A stretch of DNA of 59,572 bases from a bacterium (GCA_043801585.1 JAZDLX010000131.1:1-59572); one strand, 5' to 3'; numbered from the stretch's first letter, positions 19,892-30,340 are shown. The notes: a model not told the origin generated them from the sequence alone. Numbers and translations: made by a program.

Positions 19892-20939
19892 ACAATGGAC
19901 CGGTGAGCAGGTGGAATCCTGCCTGCGCGAAACGGATTCGGGAAACCTTCAGGATCTGTGGACCGAAGCGGACCGTGTTCGCAGGAACTCGGTGGGCGAT
20001 GAGGTTCACCTGCGGGGACTCGTGGAAATTTCGAACCACTGCGTTCGAAACTGCCTTTATTGCGGCCTTCGCGTTCACAACAGGAATCTTCCGCGGTACC
20101 GAATGTCAGCCAACGAGGTAATCGCTGCCGCGTCGCAGGCGAAGGGATTCGGCTACGGTACTGTTGTGCTGCAATCCGGCGAGGATCCGGGATGGACAAG
20201 TGAGGCGGTCGCCAATCTCATTCGTGCGATCAAACAGGCGACCGGCCTGGCGATCACCCTCTCCCTGGGTGAGCGGAATCCGGAAGAGTACCGGATCTGG
20301 CGTGAGGCGGGAGCCGATCGTGTGCTGTTGCGTTTCGAAACGAGCGACAACCGCCTTTATCATCGCATTCATCCACCCTTGCAGGGCAGAACGATCGACC
20401 GCCGGGCTCTGCTGCTCACCTTGAGGGCACAGGGATATGAGGTGGGAAGCGGGGTGATGGTGGGGATTCCCGGTCAAACGTTTTCGAGTCTTGCCGAGGA
20501 CATTCTCCTGTTTCGTGACCTCGACCTTGACATGGTCGGCCTCGGTCCCTTCGTCCCCAACTCGGACACCCCCCTTGGAGGGGACAACGGGATTGCCTCC
20601 TCGGAGGACCAGGTTCCGGCGACTGTTTTGATGACGCTGAAAGCTTTCGCATTGACACGTCTTGTGCGGCCGGACGCGAACATCCCCTCGACGTCCGCCA
20701 TGGCAGCTCTCGATCCCGTGCAGGGGCACCATCTGGCGTTGAGCCGTGGGGCGAATGTCATCATGCCCAACATGACGCCTCTCCGGTATCGCGGAAGCTA
20801 CCTGATCTATCCCGGAAAGGCGTATGTGGATGTGGCGAGCCTGGATGTACATGCATCCCTGGCATCGACAATTCGTGAACTCGGCAGAAAGGCGGGGGTG
20901 GGGGCAGGATCGAGGTTCCGGCAGCGATCTGTGAACTGA
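19881..20939 (+). CDS. hydE: H-cluster radical SAM maturase HydE
   Basis: CVRNCLYC, VLQSGE, GANVIMPN, YLIYPGK. Confidence 0.94.
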   Translation: MCPEQWTGEQVESCLRETDSGNLQDLWTEADRVRRNSVGDEVHLRGLVEISNHCVRNCLYCGLRVHNRNLPRYRMSANEVIAAASQAKGFGYGTVVLQSGEDPGWTSEAVANLIRAIKQATGLAITLSLGERNPEEYRIWREAGADRVLLRFETSDNRLYHRIHPPLQGRTIDRRALLLTLRAQGYEVGSGVMVGIPGQTFSSLAEDILLFRDLDLDMVGLGPFVPNSDTPLGGDNGIASSEDQVPATVLMTLKAFALTRLVRPDANIPSTSAMAALDPVQGHHLALSRGANVIMPNMTPLRYRGSYLIYPGKAYVDVASLDVHASLASTIRELGRKAGVGAGSRFRQRSVN

Positions 20940-21055
20940 TTGTTTTCGGCAGGACTTCTCGGAGAGTTGCAGTGTCAAAGCAATTTGATAAAGAAAATCC
21001 CATCGCGGCGAGTGATGGGACAGTCAAAAAGGATGGAGCGGAAAACAGCCCCATC

Positions 21056-21274
21056 TCATGCCAGTGCAAATCGTTGACGAAGGGTGTCCTGTGAATCGAC
21101 GTCGGAATTGGACTGAATCGTCAATTGGTCGATGCACATCCTTCGTACGCAAAGACTTGCAGTGCGTTCATTCGAACAATACGTGTCGATGAAGTCCTGT
21201 CTCGCCTCATCCGAAACACCATTGATTCCCTGAGTGAAAACGCATTTTTTCATGAAGACGCAAGGATCACTCAC
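21056..21274 (-). CDS. Small Cys-rich protein (72 aa)
   Basis: GGAGGA SD before GTG 21274; C-x5-C-x-F...YC-x8-C-x-R; upstream promoter and downstream hairpin with T tract. Confidence 0.7.
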   Translation of the reverse strand: MSDPCVFMKKCVFTQGINGVSDEARQDFIDTYCSNERTASLCVRRMCIDQLTIQSNSDVDSQDTLRQRFALA

Positions 21275-21319
21275 ACTTCCTCCAAATCCGAAAATCCAAG
21301 TTTGACAATAATTAGTGGT

Positions 21320-21347
21320 AATATAAGAATCCCACAAGAAAAGTCAA
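21320..21347 (-). promoter_or_regulatory. Sigma70-like promoter of the small Cys-rich gene
   Basis: Minus strand TTGACT-N16-TATATT in an AT-rich tract. Confidence 0.6.
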
Positions 21348-21560
21348 GGTATTTATCTACAAGGGCGAGAAAAGATCAGCATTCATGCGGGTTTGGTGGA
21401 TTTCGCTTTGAGTGTAGCGTGTAATCGCGAAATAAAGAGGAGGTATAAGTTAGAAAATTGGCATTACACCAAATACTGCGCACGATTCCCCATCCATTGG
21501 AATCCGTTCCGCCGGAGTAAAATCGTGTGCAACTTCCAAAGGTATCCGCTTGAAGGGATA

Positions 21561-22049
21561 TCAGAAGTAGTATCGTGCCCCCATCGAAGCGCCCATTCCG
21601 ATGCCGGTGGTGGGGTTCAATTGCATCACCGGTGACAGCTCGAAGAACAGGTCCAGGGGAGCCTGCTGCACGATATACGCAAGCCCGAGCACCGCTCGAA
21701 TACCGAAAATCTTGTCAATTCCACCACCTGACGACAGATACACTCCTGCTCCGTAAAAAACTGGAAATTCTTCGGTTGATTCGATCCAATTCAAATTGTG
21801 AAACAGAATGTCACCGTGGAAACGGACAATCGTGCCTTCATTTTTCTTGTTGCCGTTGGCGTCGGTTGAAGTCCCGCCGACATATGCTCCCAAACCGGCA
21901 TCCAAGGCGATTGTGTCAGTTATCCAGTATTTCGCGACCAGACCGTCGGGATTGCCGATCATCACACCCAGCCCCAATCCGCTGTCCTGGGCGGAAGCAG
22001 TCGAAGCAACCAATAAAAGAATGCCAATGATCAGAAGCAGTCGTTTCAT
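21561..22049 (-). CDS. Small outer-membrane beta-barrel protein
   Basis: GGAGG SD, signal peptide ASA-Q, amphipathic strands, terminal RYYF beta-signal. Confidence 0.85.
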   Translation of the reverse strand: MKRLLLIIGILLLVASTASAQDSGLGLGVMIGNPDGLVAKYWITDTIALDAGLGAYVGGTSTDANGNKKNEGTIVRFHGDILFHNLNWIESTEEFPVFYGAGVYLSSGGGIDKIFGIRAVLGLAYIVQQAPLDLFFELSPVMQLNPTTGIGMGASMGARYYF

Positions 22050-22246
22050 GTTTCCTCCCTGGGTAACGTCTGTCCGAACAAGGTAGTGTTTTAAGGTTGT
22101 TTTCGCTTTCACCATTCTTCAATGCTAAAAACAGGGGAGGCGGCGAGAGTGTTGCGGGGCGTTTGGAATGCAATCTGTGATCAATTGCATCAACACTCGC
22201 ACGGCGGAGTCTCTATTTTAGACAAATGGTGATGGGGAGGGATACG

Positions 22247-24232
22247 GTGAGAACACATTTGCGAATTCTTTCCGGTGTTGTGATTCTGCTTGCTGCAATC
22301 ATGCTGCTGGTGTCCTGTGGGACCAATGCGGATCAAAGCGAAGAGACGGTGCCGGTGATCCAGTCTCTGGTTGCGAATCCCGATACCGTCCTTCCCGGGC
22401 GAGCGACAACGATCACCTGCAACGCCAGCGATCCCGATGGCGGCCCGGATACACTCAGCTACACGTGGATCGCCGATTTCGGAACGATTACGGAACTTCA
22501 GACTCCAGACGAGATCAATTGGACAGCTCCAGACAGCACCGGCAGCTTCAGCATCGAAGTACGGGTGAGCGACGGTGATCATGTCGTCGGAGATTCCGTT
22601 GTCGTTGTTGTCAGTTCAACGATTTCCAATCCGAGCCTGGATGTCCGGATTCTCTCCCCTCTGACGAACTCCAATTATGCGATCGGGGACACCATCGATT
22701 TCAACGGGCGTGTTTTCGGGCTGGGGACCTTCAATGCACCCGACGTTCAACTCTCCTGGACCAGCAGCATCGACGGCCTGCTGAATGATGACGATCCCGA
22801 TTCAAATGCCTACAGCGAGTTCAGCTCAATCCTGTCGCAGGGCACCCACACGATCACTTTCTCGGTGATCGTCGACGGCATCTATCAGGCGGTTGATGAC
22901 GTGATTGTCAACGTCCAGACGACCAGCACATTGCTGCTTCACCCGATTCATCGTGAATACCTGGGCAACCGTCTCACCTGGGATCACGAAACCGATTCTC
23001 AGACATTCAACGGCTACACCCTTTACCGCCAGACATTCGGCAGCGGATTGTACGAGATCATTGCAGTGATCGACGAGGAAACGACTCACAGCTATTTCGA
23101 TTCAACGGCGATCCTTGGGCAGACCTACAACTACACCCTTGTCGCCGATTATGGCGGAGGCCTGACAAATTCGAGTACCACCAATTTTCTGCGAACGGGA
23201 GTCTTTACCGAGTGGTCTTCGGAAATCCCCGACATGGTCTATGACGGGAATTCGGAATACCTTTACATCTCCACTCCGGACCTGTTTCCGCCGCAGGTGA
23301 ACATGATCGACGTAACCGCAAACAACCCGGATGGTTTCTACTGGTACTCGGATTCACTGAAATATCTCACGGGGGACCCCAACAGCAAAGCCGTGATCCT
23401 GTTCAATCCCATGGGGTTCGCGATCAATCCAACAGATCGCGCCATCTATATCGCGAGTATCGGCGACATCTCCAAACGGGGCGAACCGGCAACGGACTCC
23501 ACAGGGGTCTTTCCGGGACTCTGGCGCATCGATCTATCCGTTCCCTATGGAGGGATTTCCCTCGTCGTCCACACGAACTTCGTCTGGCGCGGCGAGCTCA
23601 ATTTTGCTTCCTATGACGATTCGCGTCAGGTTGTGTACGCTACGACCGATGACGGCTATCCGCTGATTGTCGACAATCCCGAGGGTTCGCCGTCCCTTTC
23701 ACAGATTACCGATTCGCGGCTGGTATACTACCGGTCGCTGCCGCTTGTCGATGAAACGAACGGATTGCTCTACATCTCCGAACTGGGGTCCTTCCCGGCT
23801 AGCCTCTGGAAGTACAATATCACCGGGATCACACCGGTTCTGCTGCTCGAGGATCAGCACAACACTCTCGGATACAACCTTCAGGATCTGGCGCTTTCAC
23901 CGGATCGCACTGAGCTCTACCTGGCCAACGAATCCCCCGAATACATCCAGGTGATTTCTACGGCGGATTTCACTTCCGCAGGGAGCTTCTTGACCGGGAG
24001 CGGGGCATCCGCGATCCATGTCATGCCGGATGGCAGCGCCGCCTATTTCGGGGTTGAAAAAGAGGTGCAGAAGTGGGATCTGTCCACGGACGAAAAAGTG
24101 GAAACGTGGGAATTTAAAGATCCTGTCATCCGGGGCGGAATTCAGGTCAGTGACGATCAGCAGATTTTGATGGTTGCGACGTGGGATTCCACGATACTGG
24201 TGACACGGCTCTTCATCATCTACCTCTACTGA
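22247..24232 (+). CDS. Large lipoprotein with Ig/PKD-like domains and YncE-like beta-propeller
   Basis: LVSC lipobox; ASDPDG..LSYTW and WTSSIDG..GTHTIT Ig modules; propeller-type C-terminal repeats. Start GTG inferred. Confidence 0.75.
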   Translation: MRTHLRILSGVVILLAAIMLLVSCGTNADQSEETVPVIQSLVANPDTVLPGRATTITCNASDPDGGPDTLSYTWIADFGTITELQTPDEINWTAPDSTGSFSIEVRVSDGDHVVGDSVVVVVSSTISNPSLDVRILSPLTNSNYAIGDTIDFNGRVFGLGTFNAPDVQLSWTSSIDGLLNDDDPDSNAYSEFSSILSQGTHTITFSVIVDGIYQAVDDVIVNVQTTSTLLLHPIHREYLGNRLTWDHETDSQTFNGYTLYRQTFGSGLYEIIAVIDEETTHSYFDSTAILGQTYNYTLVADYGGGLTNSSTTNFLRTGVFTEWSSEIPDMVYDGNSEYLYISTPDLFPPQVNMIDVTANNPDGFYWYSDSLKYLTGDPNSKAVILFNPMGFAINPTDRAIYIASIGDISKRGEPATDSTGVFPGLWRIDLSVPYGGISLVVHTNFVWRGELNFASYDDSRQVVYATTDDGYPLIVDNPEGSPSLSQITDSRLVYYRSLPLVDETNGLLYISELGSFPASLWKYNITGITPVLLLEDQHNTLGYNLQDLALSPDRTELYLANESPEYIQVISTADFTSAGSFLTGSGASAIHVMPDGSAAYFGVEKEVQKWDLSTDEKVETWEFKDPVIRGGIQVSDDQQILMVATWDSTILVTRLFIIYLY

Positions 24233-24267
24233 AGAACCGAAAGTTTGCATCAGGTACAGATGGAGAA

Positions 24268-24302
24268 AAGGGCTTGGGATTTCTTCCAGGCCCTTGTTTT
24301 TT
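24268..24302. terminator. Bidirectional terminator between lipoprotein gene and tRNA
   Basis: aagggcttgg/ccaggccctt stem with A run before and T run after. Confidence 0.7.
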
Positions 24303-24303
24303 G

Positions 24304-24377
24304 TACGCCTGCAGGGATTCGAACCCCGAACCTTCTGGTCCGTAGCCAGATGCTCTATCCAGTTGAGCTACAGGCGC
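24304..24377 (-). tRNA. tRNA-Arg(ACG), CCA not encoded
   Basis: GCGCCTGTAGCTCAACTGGATAGAGCA-TCTGG-CTACGGA-CCAGA-AGGTTCGGGGTTCGAATCCC-TGCAGGCGTA cloverleaf. Confidence 0.96.
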
Positions 24378-24526
24378 GAATGGCAGGGCCTAAACTAGAC
24401 GAATCCCCCCTCGAATGCAAGGGGTGAATGAACGGTTCGGTCTCTCGCGTCACCGCCCGCGAATGCCTACCTTTTCCATGAGTTACGTCCATTTCAACGT
24501 GCCTTGTAATCCCGGAGTGAACGCCT

Positions 24527-25930
24527 ATGAGCGAACGTGGCGATGCCGCTTTGCGCACCCTCCCAAAGGTGGATGATGTGCTTTCCCAACCGGTATTGAA
24601 ATTCTGGCGTGGATCGCCGCAAGTACGGGACGCGGTCCGCGAGGAGCTTCAGGATGCCCGCAACCGGATTCGTTCTCGTGGCAAGGCTCCCTCGGCGAAA
24701 GCGGTTGCGATCGGCGCGTTGGAGCGGCTGGAGGCGAAATTCGCGCCTCGATTGAGAAGGGTGGTCAACGCGACGGGGATCATCATTCACACCAATCTCG
24801 GACGTGCTCCACTCGGCGAACATCAGCTTGAAGCAATGGTCCATACGGCTTCCGGTTATTCGACTCTTGAATACGATCTCGATACCGGGAAACGAGGATC
24901 GCGCCATCAGCTGGTCACCCACATGCTCACCGCGCTGACCGGTGCGGAGGATGCGCTGGTGGTCAACAACAATGCCGCTGCGTTGCTGCTCGCGTTGACC
25001 ACGCTCGCCGGAAAGGGAGAGGTGATCGTCTCACGAGGCCAACTGGTCGAAATCGGCGGATCGTTCCGCATCCCCGACATCTGCCGCGCCTCCGGGGTCA
25101 GGATGGTCGAAGTCGGCACCACCAACCGCACTCGAGCCAGGGATTACAGAAACGCTATCGGACCAAAGAGCCGCATCCTGCTGCGTGTCCACCCGTCCAA
25201 TTTCCGTATCGAGGGATTTACCGAAGAGGTGGGGTTGGGCGAGATGCATCAGATCGCCCGGGAACACGACCTGATGCTGGTGGATGATCTGGGGAGTGGC
25301 GCTCTGTATGACACTGCCCGGTTGAGCAAACTTCCGAAAGAACCCCTTGTCTCAGAGTCGATTGCCGCGGGAGCCGATGTCGTCACCTTCAGCGGTGACA
25401 AGTTGCTGGGAGGTCCCCAGGCGGGGATCGCCGTTGGCGGAAAGGAAGCCATCGCACGGATGCGCCGCCACCCGCTGATGCGCGCCCTGCGTCCGGACAA
25501 ACTCACTTTTGCGGCGCTCGACGCGACTCTGCGGATTTATCTGCATCCGGAGGAGATTGCCCGCGATCTGCCCGTCTGGCGGATGCTCTCGGCGCATGTT
25601 GAGGAGCTCGAAAGGTGGGGCCACGCTTTGCTGAAGGCGATTGCGCCGGCAGCCAAACGTGCGGGAGTGAACGTCACCATTGATCAGTCACAGGCAACGT
25701 CGGGAGGAGGGAGTCTTCCTCAGGAATCTTTGCCAAGCCGGGCGATTTCGTTCACTGGAGATGGGGGCCGATTGACTGCACTGCAAACCCACCTCCGTTG
25801 TGCGGACCCGCCGGTGATTGGGTATCTTCGAGATGGGGTCCTGCGTCTGGACCTGAGAACAATGTTTCTTGAAGAGCAAAGCCCCATCGTGAATGCAGTA
25901 CGTTGGGCGTTGGAAAGGATGGAAGAATGA
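24527..25930 (+). CDS. selA: L-seryl-tRNA(Sec) selenium transferase
   Basis: NATGIIIHTNLGRAP, VNNNAAA, EIGGSFRIP, SGDKLLGGPQAG. Confidence 0.96.
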   Translation: MSERGDAALRTLPKVDDVLSQPVLKFWRGSPQVRDAVREELQDARNRIRSRGKAPSAKAVAIGALERLEAKFAPRLRRVVNATGIIIHTNLGRAPLGEHQLEAMVHTASGYSTLEYDLDTGKRGSRHQLVTHMLTALTGAEDALVVNNNAAALLLALTTLAGKGEVIVSRGQLVEIGGSFRIPDICRASGVRMVEVGTTNRTRARDYRNAIGPKSRILLRVHPSNFRIEGFTEEVGLGEMHQIAREHDLMLVDDLGSGALYDTARLSKLPKEPLVSESIAAGADVVTFSGDKLLGGPQAGIAVGGKEAIARMRRHPLMRALRPDKLTFAALDATLRIYLHPEEIARDLPVWRMLSAHVEELERWGHALLKAIAPAAKRAGVNVTIDQSQATSGGGSLPQESLPSRAISFTGDGGRLTALQTHLRCADPPVIGYLRDGVLRLDLRTMFLEEQSPIVNAVRWALERMEE

Positions 25931-27246
25931 AAGTCAGGATGATACGTGCGATCTTCATCGTTCTGCTGACATCGATGATCGCTCCGGTCGCGCTGGCGGG
26001 GAGAACGGTGCATATGATCGATGTGGATGGAGTGATCCATCCGATATCGATGATGACCATCCTTCACGCGATTGACCGGGCCCAGGAGGCGAACGCCGAA
26101 GCGCTGATCATCCGTCTCGATACCCCCGGCGGTCTGATGGAATCCACCTGGGAGATCACCCGTGGTATCCTCAACTCCCATGTGCCGGTGATCGTTTATG
26201 TAGCTCCGGAGGGAGCACGGGCGGGCAGCGCCGGGGTGTATATCACGATGGCTGCCCATATCGCGGCGATGGCTCCGAGCACGAACATCGGAGCCGCGAC
26301 GCCTATAGGAATGGGTGGCGGAGCGGAACAGGACACCTCAAAGGAGGGGCAGTCCGATCAACAGGTACTGCGGCGCAAAATCACCAACGACGCGGTGGCG
26401 CAGGCTCGGGCGATGGCGGAACGTCGTGGACGCAATGCGGATTGGGTGGAAAGCGCCGTTCGTGAAGCTGCCTCGATCACTGCAAACCAGGCGCTCGAGG
26501 AAAACGTCATCGACCTGATCGCCGCGAACGTGGACGATCTGCTGGAACAGGTGGATGGGATGATCGTCGAAACAGTGGACGGTGAGGTCACCCTTGAAAC
26601 GGCGGATGTACAGATCGTGCGTTACGAACCTACATGGCGCGAAAAATTCCTCGACCGGCTCGCCAACCCCAACCTTGCATACATTCTGCTGATGATTGGT
26701 TTCTACGGGCTCATTTTCGAATTGTACAATCCGGGTGCCATTATTCCGGGGGTGGTCGGTGTGATCAGTCTGATCCTTGCGTTTTTCGCGATGCAGACCC
26801 TGCCCGTCAACTGGGCCGGACTGCTGTTGATCGTTGTTGCCATTGTCATGTTCCTGTTGGAGATTAAAGTGCCCAGTTATGGATTTCTCACATTCGGTGG
26901 AGTCGTTTCGCTGACCCTCGGTTCGATCCTGCTGTTCGACAGTCCGATTCCGGCTCTGCGGGTTTCCTGGGCTGTCATCGTCCCGGCGGTGCTCGTCACG
27001 GTTCTCTTTTTCGCAGTTGCCATCACGTTCGGCCTGCGAGCGCAGAAAAATCGTGTAACCACCGGCACTGAAGGGATGGCGGGTGAAACGGGAGAGGCGG
27101 TGACCGACCTGAACCCGCGCGGCCATATCAAAATCGGTAGCGAGTACTGGAACGCCGAAACACGCGGAGAGCCGGTGAAGAAGGGAGACCGTGTTGTCGT
27201 TATTGAAGGCAGCAGGTTGAATCTGGTGGTGCGCCGCCTCGATTGA
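25927..27246 (+). CDS. nfeD: NfeD long form (ClpP-class protease + membrane + OB domain)
   Basis: LDTPGG, RAGSAG, NIGAATP, TM block, GSEYWNA; ATGA-coupled to selA. Confidence 0.93.
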   Translation: MKVRMIRAIFIVLLTSMIAPVALAGRTVHMIDVDGVIHPISMMTILHAIDRAQEANAEALIIRLDTPGGLMESTWEITRGILNSHVPVIVYVAPEGARAGSAGVYITMAAHIAAMAPSTNIGAATPIGMGGGAEQDTSKEGQSDQQVLRRKITNDAVAQARAMAERRGRNADWVESAVREAASITANQALEENVIDLIAANVDDLLEQVDGMIVETVDGEVTLETADVQIVRYEPTWREKFLDRLANPNLAYILLMIGFYGLIFELYNPGAIIPGVVGVISLILAFFAMQTLPVNWAGLLLIVVAIVMFLLEIKVPSYGFLTFGGVVSLTLGSILLFDSPIPALRVSWAVIVPAVLVTVLFFAVAITFGLRAQKNRVTTGTEGMAGETGEAVTDLNPRGHIKIGSEYWNAETRGEPVKKGDRVVVIEGSRLNLVVRRLD

Positions 27247-27250
27247 TCTG

Positions 27251-29599
27251 ATGACACGGCCTACGCACATTCTCGCTTTCTTCGCCGCGGTATTCACCAT
27301 CGGACTGCAGTTGCCCGGAACTGCTCCGGGCATCGGCGTGCGATTGGCCGTCGTATTCTTCCTCTTTGTTCTGACGCTTTTTCTCCACCTCAAGCGCATC
27401 CTTTCAACACGATCGGTTACCGTATGTCTGTTTCTGCTGTGGTTGTCCCTCGGTTGGGTGCGAGCCTGGCAACCCGTCCCAGCATTTCCTGATGAGGAAG
27501 TGTGGATCGAGGGGCGGGTGCGAATTCCGGTTGAGCAGAAAGAATCTGGGACACGCATTCGCCTGTTGGTGGATCGTTGGTACGCGGGTGAGACGAGCGG
27601 TCCGATGCACATCGGTGCCGTTGCAAACCTGGACCATGTACATAACATCCACGCCGGCGAACGGATTCGTCTCATCGGCCTGATGCTGCCGCTCGAAACA
27701 GCGAGGAATCCGGGCGGTTTCAATGAGCAGGCGTATTGGGCGATGCGCGGTGTTCAGGTTCGGATCATCAAGGAAAAATCCATTCAGAAACTGGGAGTCA
27801 AGGGGTTTGCGGGACACCTCGATCGAATCTTCGATTCAGCGAGGGAGGCTGTCGACAATCAGATCCGTCACGGTCTCGATGCAAGGGCGGTTCCTCTTGC
27901 ACAAGCGTTGCTGATCGGAGACCGCAGCGGGTGGAACGATCCGACTCGGGATCAGCTCGCCCGCAGCGGTCTGATGCACCTGTTTGCAATCTCAGGGCTG
28001 CATGTCGGACTGCTTTGGGCGATTCTTGCATCGTTGTTGGCTCTGATCAGAATCCCGAAAGGTTTCCGCACCCTGATGTTGTTGTTGGTTCTCTGGTTTT
28101 ATGCCGCGTTCACCGGCGCCAACCCACCTGTTCTCCGTGCCTCGGTCATTATTACGATCTACTCCGTTGGAAATTTGCTGCAACGGCAACATCGGATCGG
28201 TTATACGATGGCATTGGCCTGGATCGGATTGCTCGCCTGGCGTCCCCATACGCTGGGAGATGCAGGATTTCAACTGACTTTTGCCGGAGCGGTTGGAAGT
28301 ATCTGGACCGGCGCTCTTTTCAGGGACTGGATCCGAATACAATCCGGCGTTGTCCACCGCCGCGCCGTGCGCTGGCTTGGACGAGCACTCCGGTGGACTG
28401 CCTACGCGTTGATGATTTCGTTGGGAGCGACGATTGCAACAACGCCTTTTGTGATTGCGCATTTCGGGAGGCTGCCCTGGTGTGGTCCGCTGGTCACCGT
28501 GGCCGCCGTACCGATCCTCACCGGGATTCTGATCACCGGGTGGGGGATGGTGTTCTTCGGGTGGGTGCCGGTGATCGGGAAACTCTTCGGCGATGCGTTA
28601 TGGGTGCAGCTCCACATCCTCGATCTGATCGCCGGAACCTCCTCGCGGGCGCTGCCCGTTTCGGAACAACTCCCGTTGAGCTCGGCGGTGATCGCAGGGA
28701 TGGTATTTCTCCTTCTTGTGTTGTGGGCGCCACGCCTCAGAATGTTAGGTATCCGTGGCGTTCTGATCGCGCTGCTCGTACTCTCGACCGGGATTGTCTG
28801 GGCGGACGCCTGGCTGCCCGAGGGAAGGGTCAAGGCTGGGGTTCTCGATGTCGGGCAGGGTGACGCCATCCTCGTCCGCCGTGGGGAACATGCGTTTCTC
28901 GTCGACAGCGGATCGGGCAAACTGCATGTCGCCCGGAATCAAATGCGTCTCACCGGCGTTCGTCAGTTGGAGCTCCTCGTGATCACGCATGGGGATAAGG
29001 ATCACGCGGGCGGCGCAGCCGAGATTGTCCGGGAGTTTCCCGTGAAAATGGGGTTGATCGGTCCGGGATCGACCCGTGATAAAGCGGGCAGGGAAGCGGT
29101 TGAAGAGATGCTTAAAAAGGGGATTCCGGTATACGTCGGACGCGAAGGTGGAACTGTCGATCTTGGGAAACTTGGAAACCTCTCCCTGTTTTGGCCGACG
29201 GATTCCTTCACTCATGATCCACGAAAAAACGACAACGACCTGTCGCTGATCTTCTGCTGGCGCACGGGAGAGGCGTCGGCGCTTTTTCCAGGGGATGCTG
29301 GAGAACAGGTGGAGAGGATTCTTGTGAAAGGTGGCCACTTGCCAGATGTTGATCTTCTCGTCGCCGGACATCACGGCAGCCGCTATTCCACAACATCAGC
29401 ATGGCTGGGAGCTCTTCATCCCGAGTTGGTCGTGATCTCGGCGGGCAGGAACAATCCCTACGGACATCCTGCGCCGGAGGTGTTGCAACGAATTAGTGAA
29501 TTCGGAATTTCAGTTCATCGGACCGACAGGGAGGGTGCAATTCTCCTGACGCCATCTACTGATGGCTTTCGTTCGCTATCTCGGCGAGAGTGGTGGTAA
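27251..29599 (+). CDS. comEC: ComEC/Rec2 DNA-uptake protein
   Basis: NPGGFN, HLFAISGLH, DVGQGD, THGDKDH, HHGS, YGHP. Confidence 0.95.
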   Translation: MTRPTHILAFFAAVFTIGLQLPGTAPGIGVRLAVVFFLFVLTLFLHLKRILSTRSVTVCLFLLWLSLGWVRAWQPVPAFPDEEVWIEGRVRIPVEQKESGTRIRLLVDRWYAGETSGPMHIGAVANLDHVHNIHAGERIRLIGLMLPLETARNPGGFNEQAYWAMRGVQVRIIKEKSIQKLGVKGFAGHLDRIFDSAREAVDNQIRHGLDARAVPLAQALLIGDRSGWNDPTRDQLARSGLMHLFAISGLHVGLLWAILASLLALIRIPKGFRTLMLLLVLWFYAAFTGANPPVLRASVIITIYSVGNLLQRQHRIGYTMALAWIGLLAWRPHTLGDAGFQLTFAGAVGSIWTGALFRDWIRIQSGVVHRRAVRWLGRALRWTAYALMISLGATIATTPFVIAHFGRLPWCGPLVTVAAVPILTGILITGWGMVFFGWVPVIGKLFGDALWVQLHILDLIAGTSSRALPVSEQLPLSSAVIAGMVFLLLVLWAPRLRMLGIRGVLIALLVLSTGIVWADAWLPEGRVKAGVLDVGQGDAILVRRGEHAFLVDSGSGKLHVARNQMRLTGVRQLELLVITHGDKDHAGGAAEIVREFPVKMGLIGPGSTRDKAGREAVEEMLKKGIPVYVGREGGTVDLGKLGNLSLFWPTDSFTHDPRKNDNDLSLIFCWRTGEASALFPGDAGEQVERILVKGGHLPDVDLLVAGHHGSRYSTTSAWLGALHPELVVISAGRNNPYGHPAPEVLQRISEFGISVHRTDREGAILLTPSTDGFRSLSRREWW

Positions 29600-29631
29600 C
29601 TTACTCAATCACTTGATCGGCGGAGGTTTGG

Positions 29632-30312
29632 ATGCGCATCCTTGAGTTGGAGTTGCACACTCGCTGGCTGGATAAGGTCGCTGCCTTCTACGGGAAAACG
29701 TTGGGGTTTGAAATCCTTCAGAGCGATGCTTCCCGATTTTCATTTCGCGTCGGCTGGACAACAGTGACATTTCTTCAAGATGACAGCGGTGAAGCTCCCT
29801 GGTACCATTTCGCCATGAATGTTCCCCCGAACCAACTTGAGGAAGCTCAGGCGTGGATTTCGAGCACGCAAAAGCTGCTACGGAATGAACGTGGTTCCCG
29901 GTTCTTCTACCCCTTCTGGAAAGCCGAAGCGATTTACGTCGCAGACCCGTCGGGAAATATCGTGGAGCTGATCGCCCGGAAGGGGATTGGCGAGCTCAGC
30001 CACAAGCCCTTCGATGCTGGGTCGCTATTGTGTGTTAGTGAAATTGGTTTACCCTTGGTGGAATTCGATGCCTTCGACCGCTCCCTTCGGCGCCAACTGG
30101 GGGTGACGCATTATCTCGAACCGACAGGATCGTTCAGCGTGCTCGGCGATGGGGAAGGATCGATCATCCTCGTGCGTGAGGACAGGCCGTGGGAACCCAC
30201 GAACCGGGAGGCGGAGGTCCACCCGCTGCGAATCAAACTCGGTGGCGCCCAACAGGCACATGTCACTTTCGCTGCGCTTCCCTATCAGGTGAACATGGAG
30301 CGGATTGTATAG
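29632..30312 (+). CDS. VOC/glyoxalase family protein
   Basis: FYGKTLG, YHFA, DPSGNIVELIAR, SEIGL. Confidence 0.85.
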   Translation: MRILELELHTRWLDKVAAFYGKTLGFEILQSDASRFSFRVGWTTVTFLQDDSGEAPWYHFAMNVPPNQLEEAQAWISSTQKLLRNERGSRFFYPFWKAEAIYVADPSGNIVELIARKGIGELSHKPFDAGSLLCVSEIGLPLVEFDAFDRSLRRQLGVTHYLEPTGSFSVLGDGEGSIILVREDRPWEPTNREAEVHPLRIKLGGAQQAHVTFAALPYQVNMERIV

Positions 30313-30340
30313 ATCAATGCGGGAAGACGAACATCTTCCT

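Noticed and set aside
13769..20978. Long antisense ORFs (334, 340, 424, 290 aa) over hyd genes, and similar ones at 9087, 26338 and 43418
   Set aside because: Expected shadows of GC-rich coding strands; no motifs or RBS.
12800..24377. Genomic island integrated at tRNA-Arg carrying the hydrogenase locus
   Set aside because: No integrase and no duplicated tRNA 3' end seen by eye; the codon style looks native.
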